Origin: a virus | Lineage: Duplodnaviria; Caudoviricetes | Length of the DNA stretch: 64,000 bases | Direction: 5' to 3' (one strand) | Virus record (IMG/VR): IMGVR_UViG_3300033121_002354 | Location: 49,040-113,039 of that record | In this document: one piece after another, positions 12,001-23,000 of the stretch | How positions within the stretch are numbered: the stretch's first letter is position 1 | Layout: the number at the start of each line of letters is the position of its first letter | Notes under the pieces: generated by a model | Told to the model about the DNA's origin: nothing | Database searches by the model: none | The model's input: only the letters and a program-made list of their open reading frames with translations | Translations under genes and position numbers: made by a program

Positions 12001-15000
12001 ACGGTAGAACAAGCATTTGATGGAGATAAATCTTATAAGGTAACAATAAAATTTAAGGATACACAGCCCCAACGCTGGGTCAAATTAAACACCTCCGGTT
12101 TTAATCCTGTAGTAAATCTAAGCAAGCATCTTGGTTTCAGAATCATGGTGATGAGTGGGTCTTTTTATCTTGGCATTGGAGTTAGAAAATCAGAAAACGG
12201 AGAAACGACACCAGGAAGTGACGGAGGAATTACAAATTCCCAAGGAAAAATAGGGGATATAGAATTTGTTGGTGTTACGGAAGTAACAGAATATGGCGAC
12301 CTTTTGGTCCCAAAAGGACAGTACTTGTTGTCTGAAAGACCCGGGTTCTGGAGAGATGTACAATTTGATTTTACGGAAAACGTACATGCTTTTACTGGAG
12401 ATGGAAATTTAAGCACTACAACTGGATATGCAACACTTGAACATCTAGCCATAACCGTTAACACCGATGAAGAAATAGTGTTTTTTATAGACTCAATCGA
12501 GCAACGTTCAGATATTTTAGCCGGGTCAACAAGCAACGGGCTAATGACATCAGACAATTTTGGGCAAAGCTGGAGCGTTTTAAGATATACAGAAACGCCA
12601 ATACACAAATTTTATAAAGCCTCAATTAATGGATTTTTGTGGGGAATTTCGTCCAAAAAGGTTTATTATTCGTCAAATACAGAACAATGGTTTGAAATCC
12701 CCGGCATTGAAAATGTTCACTTTGTTTATGACATCGTTGAAGACGTTGATGGCGATATGTTTGTTTCTACAGATAAGGGCGTCTTCATTTTAAGAACGGC
12801 AACATATTCGGCGTTTTTTGAATTGACAAAAACAAAATATGTAACTTCTTTGTCTTCTTCTACTTATGCAATTTGGTATACATATCCATATGTGTATGTA
12901 AGTACTGATTTTGGTATTTTTAAGTCACAAGATAAGGGAGAAAAATGGACTGATTCTGGATTTTTAAGTGATGATCCAGAACCAATTTTGCAAGTATCAC
13001 TTCAAGACACAGATTTAATTGCTATAAGCGAAACATCGGTTTACAGAAAACTGTTAAACGAAAGTAAGTTTGTCTCATTGTCAAATATTACTGAAAGTAT
13101 TGATACGGTTACATCTTTGTGGAAATTTGACCTTAAAAACAACTCTATATTTGTTTCTACAAATGATGGTATTTATACAAACGTACTTGATGTTTTGTTT
13201 GATCCTACGGTTTTAACGGCAGAATTTGATAGAGTGTTTCCAGAAACTGAAACAAACAATATTCCTCAGCCTGCAACTGAAATAAAAAATATAAACAACA
13301 ACCTATTTATTGCGACAGAAAACAAACTTTTTGTCTCTAATGATACAGTTAATTTAGTCACAAATTATCAGTCTAAGGACAGTCCCAGATTTTTTGTAGA
13401 TGGAAACGAAATAAAAACAAATTACACATATAGCTGTTTTAATAATGTGCTTTCTCTAAAGATCGCTCCCGGTCTGCTATCAACAGTAGAGGGTGAACAA
13501 CTACCAAGAAAGAAATATCAATCATCAACACAATGGGCTCAAAGAGATATTAATGCAGATGTATTAATTTATCTCAATGGAGTTCCAACTTGGATAGATT
13601 TTGCTTTTGACACAACCGATTTTACTCAGAAAGTACAAGATATATTAGACAATCTTTCTGGAAGTACGGAACCAGAATTGCGTGTCATACAAAGTGGGAA
13701 CGTTATATTAACTCCCCTAGTAACAACCAAGACTGTTTCTCAGTTTTTGTCTGACTATAGCTATTTAATATCAACTAACGACAGCATGCCGGTTACAACG
13801 TTAAACGGGGCCAACAACACAAATAGGCAACCAAAAACAGTTGATGTATTTAGTATATTAAGTGTTTCTGATTTGGGTTATACATCTACGCTGTCTTCTT
13901 TGATCGACTTTGATTCATTTGTTAGAGCATTTGAAGGTGGATACCTAGAGTCAGAACTGCAGTCTAAATTATCTACTGCAAAATCAAACGGAGCCGGAAC
14001 ACAATATGATTTAGCAGTTAAAACTGTAATTGACAAATTAAATACTAAAACAAGTTACACAATTGATACAAAAGCAGAGATCGAAACAGAGCTTGGTTTT
14101 AGTGCCAAAAACAGTACAGGAATAATCATTGATGCAAATCACGGATTGTTTGATTTTACTACCTATTTATCAACTAACAAAACCTCGTTTAAAAAAGAAG
14201 ACAAACTAACAGTATCTATATTCGGATGTACTATAAGCAACATAGGAATAAATTCTCACGACCAAATCGAAGACGGTTTTGAGTTTGTAAACAGTGGAAT
14301 GCATAGTAGCCTAACAGATGTTGTTACGGGCAACTTTATTAAAAACGGAATCTTCTTAGATAGACAATTTGGAACACTGGAAGAGAATACTACCAGTTAT
14401 ATCAAAAGTTATTATAAAAGCATCTCTTCGGGGTCTTATGACGTTTTAAATTCTACTGTCGATTATGCACTTGTATCTAGCAACAAAGAAGTAGAAATAC
14501 CAGAAATAGTATTGAGTACACTATGGATTACAGACGAATACCTTGGAAACAGATTGTGGATAGGAACAGATGTTGGTATTTTGGAGTACGAATTTGTTAG
14601 CGGCAGCCTTAATTACTCTAGACTTATCACAATAAATTCAGAATATGTGTACATAAATCAGCTTCTGCAACAAAACGATTCTATTCTTGTTTGTACAAAC
14701 ACGACCATTTTTGAAACATTTGATTTTGGGACAACATGGACCGAACTTAATACAAAAAACCTTCCTTCACAAATTAACAACATTGGAGTTGCCAATGGTA
14801 CAATAATAGCTGCAACATCTGAAGGTTTGTGGTGGTCGCCAAGTGACCAATTCGGTTTTAGTAAAGCCGCCCTAACCACATCAAGCAGACTTGCTGGCCA
14901 AAACAAAATAGATAGCGAATTGGCTTTCATAGGGAACATAATTAATTTGGAGTGTAATAATTTTTCTTTTGCTGAATCAGAATTAGAGATTTACATATCA

Positions 15001-15456
15001 AATAATGGGGCAAGCTTTTTTGGAGTCGGAGATTTAACACAAAGTACAGTAACCAATATATCAAAGATGATATTTTTCAAAAAAATACTTTGGGTTGCCA
15101 CAGATCAGGGTCTTTATTCTGATTCAGGTACTGTTTTTTCAGACAGAATTCAGTTTGCTCTTATACAAACATCTGACTCTTTCAGTACTTCACAATCTGC
15201 AATAAATGATTTAAGTACTGACGGGGAAATACTCTATGCAGCTCAAAGTGATGGAACCCTTCTATTTTTTAAGGACGATGCCTGGAACCGATTTGATACA
15301 AACCTGGGGACGTTGCAAAAAATACAGGTTATGAGCGATGGATATATAGCTTGTTTGGGGTATAATACTGGGATCGTAGTTAACATAAACAGCCTGAACT
15401 CCGATTCTGAACCAACAAATCCTGTTACAGTAATTGATTTGGGAGCATGTACATAA
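9037..15456 (+). CDS. Giant FN3-repeat and Asp-box beta-propeller virion protein
   Basis: 2139 aa; DLTAPASPSGL..LSWNSNSETDFSHYNIYRS..TTYYYKVSSVDTSGNES and further FN3 repeats; Asp-boxes SDNFGQSW, SQDKGEKW, TFDFGTTW. Confidence 0.8.
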   Translation: MPLFTEQYHLASFLQGDVYSSTLDAARMICCDNQLSLISDIIQDGVISGWEVSSENFPVITVAPGSGMVDGFFVSTQNSVNFTLESNTTSYVLIKRISDLTVANGCVSDLLQIIYTDLTAPASPSGLSAVNNYLNSNAPSNSMIIDLSWNSNSETDFSHYNIYRSTNNSDFDFVSESESSTFSDSLLQEDTTYYYKVSSVDTSGNESSFSAASVTTPITTFLPPNPKNVVIYPSNESISVCWEEPANFSTDLISNYLITYSLLDTDNSVISTKSISVNSSAVCEKITLLENNHKYLITLYTVDTQSRQSTGLTSISIPTNGLNDPQNVLASSSATESAANVKLSLSWTPPGDEYSTSTNLKYRIYTTIDKYGTTESRPVETTIGQTSIDLRLINYSTGYRSIPEQSVVTTRITTLQLDGKESKGILVRTKIGKYTTPQKVRNPNASFDLKKITVTWGNNSDTYKVKVTTYKKQANEPYSDYAFVSEVVLQNTNVFIVDTPDLDFTYKFVLTPIDKYGTTGESSSLTIDIPAATELQDILAPNNFVGSGFDGIINLKWQRPTDENNLITKFLVYRAQGEGVLDFAEFSLIDELSPNITHYSDYGVDPDQTYTYFIVSEDLYGRQSLNPSNGYYNINTVSVSAPISSGLEPVVGHVSLAGNDIVLEWSNLPGETFDSFEILRSIDNRNSWISIATVNTEELTTDYSYTDTNIATTNGQKFYYVIRKISNNSSVVISGDLTEENTLLIATAITSDSSVTTNNDVKRNLANLHDPIIEKTDASLLLHRHGGSKSFDPEKVDLNSSLIVTDWTTTDGKTWKTTEDISEGEIYDLSVNSEFPTVIYKVFSDESKILFADPISTTSLLKLTVYGINEVSNILSVDKFDNIHARQIALGRLTLDQLPDLDHNGVTKEPIYPIRSTLKMYDTHTYQSNASDKLFGDATTFFAITDKSAIVEEFQSFDNSTVGTTVLFNNPENDSYTIDNIVSGSSEVTVEQAFDGDKSYKVTIKFKDTQPQRWVKLNTSGFNPVVNLSKHLGFRIMVMSGSFYLGIGVRKSENGETTPGSDGGITNSQGKIGDIEFVGVTEVTEYGDLLVPKGQYLLSERPGFWRDVQFDFTENVHAFTGDGNLSTTTGYATLEHLAITVNTDEEIVFFIDSIEQRSDILAGSTSNGLMTSDNFGQSWSVLRYTETPIHKFYKASINGFLWGISSKKVYYSSNTEQWFEIPGIENVHFVYDIVEDVDGDMFVSTDKGVFILRTATYSAFFELTKTKYVTSLSSSTYAIWYTYPYVYVSTDFGIFKSQDKGEKWTDSGFLSDDPEPILQVSLQDTDLIAISETSVYRKLLNESKFVSLSNITESIDTVTSLWKFDLKNNSIFVSTNDGIYTNVLDVLFDPTVLTAEFDRVFPETETNNIPQPATEIKNINNNLFIATENKLFVSNDTVNLVTNYQSKDSPRFFVDGNEIKTNYTYSCFNNVLSLKIAPGLLSTVEGEQLPRKKYQSSTQWAQRDINADVLIYLNGVPTWIDFAFDTTDFTQKVQDILDNLSGSTEPELRVIQSGNVILTPLVTTKTVSQFLSDYSYLISTNDSMPVTTLNGANNTNRQPKTVDVFSILSVSDLGYTSTLSSLIDFDSFVRAFEGGYLESELQSKLSTAKSNGAGTQYDLAVKTVIDKLNTKTSYTIDTKAEIETELGFSAKNSTGIIIDANHGLFDFTTYLSTNKTSFKKEDKLTVSIFGCTISNIGINSHDQIEDGFEFVNSGMHSSLTDVVTGNFIKNGIFLDRQFGTLEENTTSYIKSYYKSISSGSYDVLNSTVDYALVSSNKEVEIPEIVLSTLWITDEYLGNRLWIGTDVGILEYEFVSGSLNYSRLITINSEYVYINQLLQQNDSILVCTNTTIFETFDFGTTWTELNTKNLPSQINNIGVANGTIIAATSEGLWWSPSDQFGFSKAALTTSSRLAGQNKIDSELAFIGNIINLECNNFSFAESELEIYISNNGASFFGVGDLTQSTVTNISKMIFFKKILWVATDQGLYSDSGTVFSDRIQFALIQTSDSFSTSQSAINDLSTDGEILYAAQSDGTLLFFKDDAWNRFDTNLGTLQKIQVMSDGYIACLGYNTGIVVNINSLNSDSEPTNPVTVIDLGACT

Positions 15457-17046
15457 TTGGCAAGAATTTCTAACCACAATAGTGATGTAATAACATTTTC
15501 AACTCTGCCCAAAACAGACAATTTGACTACTTTTACTATTTCGGTGTGGTTGTATCCAATGGGTACATTTGGTAGTGTTTTTCAAACCATTCTTTCTAAA
15601 AACTATTCTATTAATCTAAACAATATTATCATAAGAATAAATAGTGTGAATAAAAGCTTTTTAGTTTCCAGAGCAAGATCTGTTACTCAAGCAAATGCAG
15701 CTTCTGTTACTTCTATATATACTGAGCAGATGTGGGTTAATCTAATTGCCACAAGTGATGCAACAGGCAAACTAAGGCTGTACAGAGATGGTACTGAAGT
15801 GTCTTATTCTGCAAACAATACTGGATCTGGAAGTTTTGTAACTGATACAGGAAAACCACTTACACTATTCAACAGAAGCATTACCGCAAACCCTTTTTTC
15901 GGTAAAATAGCAGAAGTAGGAATATGGAATCGGATTTTAACAACAGAAGAAAGAAAAAGGATTGTAGTAGACAGGTGGAAACCATCAATAATTCCAGATG
16001 GCTTAGTATCTTATATACCGTTAACTGGTGATACACCAGAAAAAGAACTGGTTAGTGATTCAACTGCAATTTTATCTGGTACTGCAAGCACGGACCACGT
16101 TCCAGATGTGGTTTCGGAATTAAACAATTTTAGCACCTTTCCGTTGTCGGCACACAACTCTAATTATGGAAAAGGGGTAATTTGTTCACAAGTTATACCG
16201 AGTGTAAAAGACAAGGTTGCAAAGGTCTCTCTTTTTCTTTCATCCGAAAAAACAGACGGAATCATAAGTGGAAATGATTCTTACACCGCATTTTCGTGTT
16301 TAAATTTTTATGAAACAAGCAATGAATCTTCTTGGACGATTTACAAAAATTCATCTAGTTATAATGTGTTAAATACCGCTGACCAAGGATACCTAACCAA
16401 CTCTCAAACGGTTTCTTTTTCAACCCAAGAAGACGTTTTTACGTCTTCTCCAAGTGTTACATACAAAACCAGTCTGTCAGATGGCACCTTTGATGTGTGG
16501 TGTAGATGTGGGGGAACTGGGACTTTTTGGTATGCGTGGGATGGAGATGTTTTACCGTCCAAAATAACACTTACATCAACTATTAAATGGCAATTTCTTG
16601 GAAGAATTTCTAATGAAGAATCACAAACAAGAAACTTGGTTTTTTATCTTGGATCTGCAAACTTGGAGTCAATAAAATTAGACGAGGTTTTTATATATCC
16701 AATAGGAAGTGACAGAAAAATAGACAGTTTGTCTTCCATTCAAAACGTTACAGGTGATTCATATAATACTTTCGTAAGAGTAAGAAATTTATTAAACTCT
16801 GCCATACAGTCAATGCCAAATGGCGTAATTGAAAACTGTCATTTCTGGCTTCCATCTCACAAAATTAACACTCCTGAATGGTATAACTATTCAATTCCAG
16901 AAACACAATTCGATGAAGGATTAAGTATTGATTTTACAGTAATATCTGGTAGCAGTAATCATCCACGCTGGTTGTATGCAACCACTAACGACAATGGTAC
17001 GGCAATGTACTCAACTGATTGGGGCGTATCCTTTAATGAGCAGTAA
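15457..17046 (+). CDS. LamG domain virion protein
   Basis: 529 aa; TTG start directly after the previous TAA; FTISVWLY, LRLYRDG, FFGKIAEVGIWNRILT. Confidence 0.75.
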   Translation: MARISNHNSDVITFSTLPKTDNLTTFTISVWLYPMGTFGSVFQTILSKNYSINLNNIIIRINSVNKSFLVSRARSVTQANAASVTSIYTEQMWVNLIATSDATGKLRLYRDGTEVSYSANNTGSGSFVTDTGKPLTLFNRSITANPFFGKIAEVGIWNRILTTEERKRIVVDRWKPSIIPDGLVSYIPLTGDTPEKELVSDSTAILSGTASTDHVPDVVSELNNFSTFPLSAHNSNYGKGVICSQVIPSVKDKVAKVSLFLSSEKTDGIISGNDSYTAFSCLNFYETSNESSWTIYKNSSSYNVLNTADQGYLTNSQTVSFSTQEDVFTSSPSVTYKTSLSDGTFDVWCRCGGTGTFWYAWDGDVLPSKITLTSTIKWQFLGRISNEESQTRNLVFYLGSANLESIKLDEVFIYPIGSDRKIDSLSSIQNVTGDSYNTFVRVRNLLNSAIQSMPNGVIENCHFWLPSHKINTPEWYNYSIPETQFDEGLSIDFTVISGSSNHPRWLYATTNDNGTAMYSTDWGVSFNEQ

Positions 17047-20000
17047 ATGAAGTCTTTTGCCTATAAACTATTTAAATTTGATGACACAAATTCTGACACC
17101 GGTCTGCCAGACACAACCATTGTTTCAATACCTCCAAGCACCACAGAAACAATAGAAATAACAGACTTTAATCATTCCAGTGCTGAATTTATTAACACAA
17201 GTATATCTTCTAATGGAGCTGTTTGTCTTTCCACAGACGAAAAGATTTTGTCAATCCTGTTAGACCAAAGCGGGTCTATGACGTGGAACGACTCAAAAAA
17301 TGACAAATTAACACTTCTAAAATCAATAATTGAAAAAATAAAAAAAATCTATCCAGACAAGATAAAGATAAATCTAGTAACAGTCAATGGTGAACAAATC
17401 GAAATTGAAACGGTTTTGTCATCTTTTGATTCGTTTTCTTCAATAAGTGATAACAATATTTTTGAAACAGTTCAAAAAAGTGTGTTTCAAAATAGTGTTT
17501 ACAATCTTGGCGGAATTAGAGTTGTACGAAGAACAGATAGATACCCTGCCACGCCGCTAGATGGACTAATTATAACAGACAGTATCATTGACCTTGTATT
17601 TGACACTGATTTAGTAAACGGAGAAACCTATTATTACACGATTTATACATATAATGAACACGGGCATTTTTCGAATGGCATAAATCTAAAGGTGACGGCT
17701 GTAGATCCTGCATTTATAAAGGGAGTTGCAAGTTTTGATGCGGAAGTAAAAACTCTTTTTGGGCCAACTAGAGACGAAAGCCTTTTTTGTTCATTAATTT
17801 TCTCAGAACACGAATCAACTATTTTGTATGATTCTTCTGGAAATAAACACCATTTTTCTTTAACAAATGAAGAAAATAACACTTTCTGGGCCGGTTCTCC
17901 ACTGAACGAAGACCCAAGCACAAGTGTTGGCGGGCTCCTTTTGAACGGTGGCTATCTTAAGAGCATCGAAAGCAACTCTGAATTTCAACTGTTGTCTGGA
18001 ACTGAAAAAACGATAAATTTTTGGGCTAAAAGGTACTTAAATAGCAATACTTGCATCCTGTTTTCTGTAGAGAACAACACTAACTTTCAGTACAGAGTAA
18101 AACTAGTATCAAACAAGGTGGCTATACAAACAAGTGGTGGTACGTTTGTATCAAATGCTGTTGTTGGCATTGATTGGACTATGGTTACTCTTGTGTTTCA
18201 AGAAACCAGTCCTGTATCTTGCGATGTTTTCTTAAATGGGTTATATGATTCAACTGTAACCTTTTCTGTACCAGCAACATTGTCAAACACATATTGCTAT
18301 GTTGGCGGATCAGCATTAGAAAACCTTTTTTACTATGGATCTGTAGGATCAATATCGTTCCACAACACAGCAAGATCGACTATTTATATAGAAAATTTAT
18401 ATGATAATGAATCCCATAATTTTGTGTCTCCAATATTAAACACAGCAATAGAACCTGCAGATAATGGGGAAAGAAGTGTTTTAATAAACTGGTTAATCCC
18501 AGACGAATATGAATTCGACAAAATAAAAATAACAAGACAAATTAACAGAACACCAAATTATGTTGATGATGGAGATATTGTTGTTGATACAACAGTAACA
18601 AATGGGTCGTTTTCTTTTTTGGATTGCCACGATTTTATAAATGGAGCTAACTACTACTATAGGATTTTTACTCTTTTAAATGACGAAGTTTGTCACGTAT
18701 CAAACGCCTTAGTTTCCAGTACCTTAATTCCTTTTCAAATTCAAAAAGATTTACTGGTCACTGAACTAGAAATGCCAGTAACCACTCTAGTCCCTGGTGA
18801 TAGACGAGTATTAATCAAATGGAATTCTCCAACAGATTCAAGAGTGGTCGGAACAAGAATTTATTACAACACAAAAGAGTATCCAAATATAGATGGTCAA
18901 ACAAGTACATCTGTCTTGATCTTTGATAGTGTTGATGGCAGCACAAAATATGTACACAGAAACATACCAAACGATATCAATTATTATTCTGTAATTTTCT
19001 ATGATAAGTTTGGAAACATTTCTGCACAAGATCAAGTTAAAACACTTACTTCGAGCGACTTTGCAGATGTCATTTTTGATTCTGACGAAATAAGCGATTT
19101 ACACATAGAACAAACCGCCTCTTCAGAGATTAAGTTGCAGTGGAAAAACCCAATTCTTGAAACCAACTCCTTAGATTTGTGGTTTGGTGAAAGTGCTATT
19201 TTTTTAATCAACATAAAAAGCCTGAACGGGAACGAGATAACCACTTTACCACAACTAAAATCAAACTTGACTACAAGTTTTGAAATAAGCACTTCTAACA
19301 CTAGCACAAATGCATCTTTTGGTAATCTCGCCACTTTTGAAATAACTGATTTGGGCAATGGGCTTATTAAAGGAATAATAAGACACACAAATAACACTGC
19401 AACCTTAAATTCTCTAGCAAGTATCAAAGCTGATGTAGCAAATAATTTTGAAATTTTGGACAGAAATTCAGATCTGGCCATTTTTAAGTGTTCTCTAAAT
19501 TCTGTACTGGTTAATTTTAGTCAGCCACTTTCCATAGATATTGAGAATCTATTACAGTTAAAAGTACCAGCTCAAAACTTGACTACTGGCACAGAAACAA
19601 CTACTGGAAGCAGAGTTTGCCCAGAAAGATTTTGTGAGTCTGTAACAGATACTACTCCAAACACGTTTATTAGCGGTGGATATGCCAACCAAAGCCAGTC
19701 ATACATTGCAAGAGTATATGTTTCATCTAAAAATCTTCCAGTACCAGATGGAACAATTGTAAACATTTCTCTTAAATTGACTGGTAAAAATACTACTCCT
19801 GTTTACACAAAAATACTAGAAGGTTCATATCAAACTGTTTCATCAAACATTGAACGTCTTGATTCAAATGGTGTTTCAACAGGAATTTTTGAAAGACGAA
19901 GTTACGTCGATGTAGAAATGCAATCCCCAATTACAGAAGAAACAGTCGATATAATTGCAGCTTTTTCTCTGAACGGATTACAAGTCACTAAAAATCATAC

Positions 20001-23000
20001 TGTTACTTGGCTAAATACGCTAAAAATGGAAGTCCACGCAAACAAACCAATGCCAGATGGTATTGATAGTGTAGAACAGTTTGCAAATATCTATTTTGTA
20101 GATCCCGATGATCCCGAAAATATTGAAAAAAGAACTCCGGTAGTTGACGGGACCATAGTGCAGTGGAAATTAGAACAAGGATCTTTTGCAAAGGATAGAC
20201 CATTCTATAGCACAGAGCCACTAGCTCAAAGAGTGGGTGGCGTTTATTCTTTGACCAAAAATGGTACAGCAAGAAACGTTTTTTTTGGTCCAATCTCAAA
20301 CATCAAAAGCAATGTAGTCACTTTTTCTTGTGCAAGCGGCGATGGAGGCACTTGCTGTGTTGGTGAAGAATACAAAGTTGTTGCCCAAATAGTATATAAC
20401 GACAAAACATACAAAGCTGGACAGTGGATTGGATACGACTGCCAAGAAGCTCAATCTCTAAACTTGTCTTCTAAAATTCTAATGACTGGAGATTCTGATA
20501 CACTATCTGTATTCCCGCATTATTTAACATATGCTGATGGGGAAAGTTTAATACATTTAAAAGTAATTAGTGATCCAACAACTTCATCCGAATTTTATGC
20601 AGATTGCTTTATTGCATGTCTTAATAATTTAGGCATGCCAATATATACACTTCCTTGTAATCAGTTATTACAAATTGATCCTGGAGAATTAGACACTCAA
20701 GCTATTTCTGAAGGACGTACTACAGAAGCTGGAATAGAAGTTTTGTGGGACGTTGTGTTTGACGAAAATCCATATACAGGTGAAAAAACAATTGTTTCTT
20801 ATGAGAGCTTATCTCCTTTTGATTTTGTAGACAACATATCACAATATATTGCTCTGGTTCCGGTTTCTGGAGCTACTACAGATATCTATTTAAGATGGAA
20901 CAAATTTGTTGGAGACAACAATCCTGCAGAATGCAAAGAAAACAAAACAAATATAAGTGTTGCTACAATACTTAGCGAACTAGACGGTGGTTCAGGGCCT
21001 TGTGATTTTGTGCCGAAATGCCACGAACTAGATGCGTGCGGGATAAAAAAGAAAAAGAAATACAAAAATGTACAACCTGTTAACGTAACAACAACTTTGG
21101 TAGCAAACAATAAAACTGTAACATTAACAGGAGGCGGAACTTATGAAGAGGGAATACCTCCTGTATATGTTGGATTTAAAGAACCACTAGCCATTAACAT
21201 TGTTGATATAAGAGTGAACGGCATTAATGGCAATAAGGTTCAAGACATTATTGTTGATGGGGTTACAAGACACACTTTTGTAGTTGAAGCTACTTTCGCT
21301 GGAAAGCCTGTTCCAAGCGGGACTCCAATCAATCTTGAAGTAGTGCCTGTATCTGGTGATACTTCGTCCATAGTATTGTCTTCTTCAAAAGTTTATACAC
21401 ATTTAGTACACGATCCAATTTTTGATCCACTAGAAGAAGTGGATGCCAGAAGTTTGGCTTATTTTGAAATAAATCCGCTTCCTAATGTAACCTTCTCTGC
21501 TTCGATCAAGGCGACATGTAACTATGACAAATTGGGTACTGTCAGCAGAAAGATGTCTGCGTCAGTGAAGCTATCTAACACAGCAAATACTCCATCTGAT
21601 TGCGAAACCCCTCCTTGCGGGTCAACAAGCTCTAGCACTGGTTCTTCTACGAAACGAAAAGTAGTTTCTAACGAAGTTATTATTTACAGCACAATCAATG
21701 ATGAGTATTCTTCAGAAAGCGGATTGCTGGATTTTAGATCTGGTCAATTTTCTTGGTTAGTGTCAAATTTGACATCAGATACTGGTCAAGTCCCTGATAC
21801 ATCAGGAAGCGTCCCAAATGAAACATCTGTTTATTTATTTGGTGGATGGGATGGAAACAAAATACTTGCAAGCAGTGAAATATTTGATATTGCAACCCTA
21901 GAATCCACTTATACGTTTTCCATGATTACTCCAAGAGTACATGGAATGACACAAAAAATCGGAGACAACATTTATTGTATAGGCGGAATAGAGGTTGATA
22001 GTTTTGGCAATTTGCAAGTCTCCAGAAAAATAGAATCATTTAACATTGTTACCCAAAGATGGAATCCAACTCTGGCGACTATGCCTGCTGGAGTGTCTTT
22101 TGGTGTTTCAATGGTTCATAATGGATTTATATATGTACTTTCTGGTGTTCGCACAATTGTGAACAATTGTTGTTCTCCAGAAAGCTTAAATACTGATATT
22201 TACAAATACGATCCAACAACAGACACATGGAGCACTATATCAACAGACGAACCGACTTATAGTAGAATTTCTCCTTTCTCTGTAAGTCAAAATGGGACTT
22301 TATTGGTATACTCCGGCAGTACACCAAAAACAGATGCATTAATAGCTTCAGAGCTTAACGCCAGTGTGAGTAAGCAGTTAAACGAATTCAAAACAAGTTT
22401 GCTGTCCTCTTCTTATTACAAGAACCTTCCAGACGGAGATCTGGAATTGCTTATCGGAGATACACAGCAGAAAATTTTAGAAAACACTTTTACTTCACCA
22501 TACTTTTATTTGTCTTCTGCTTATATATTTGATCCTGAAACTGAAACCGTTGTTGAATATGAAGTTCCTTGGAAAAACCTTCCAGCACTTAGAAGTCGTG
22601 GTTGCTCGATTGAAAGCGGAAACAATTTCTTTACCATTGGTGGATCAAACGTTAAGTCTTCTACCTCTAATAGAAATGAGAAAATAAATCTATCTACCAA
22701 CGAGTACACTAAACTCAAAAATCTCCCAAGAGGAAGATGTAATTTTTCTGCACATTTATACAATAATACTATTTACTTTTTTGGTGGGTTCACAAGCGGA
22801 CACCAAGAAGGCTGGCTCTCAATTGATGCAAAAGTATATCCAACTTTTGCAGAAACCATAGGTAAGGAGTCTCCTTCGATTTCTGTGAATTTATACGATG
22901 ATGGAGGAGAGTTAGTTACCGAAGAAGTAGAATTGCTTGTCAGAGGTCGAATTAATATCCCATTTTTAACCCCCGCCCTTGGTGTAGACGCCGCAAAACA

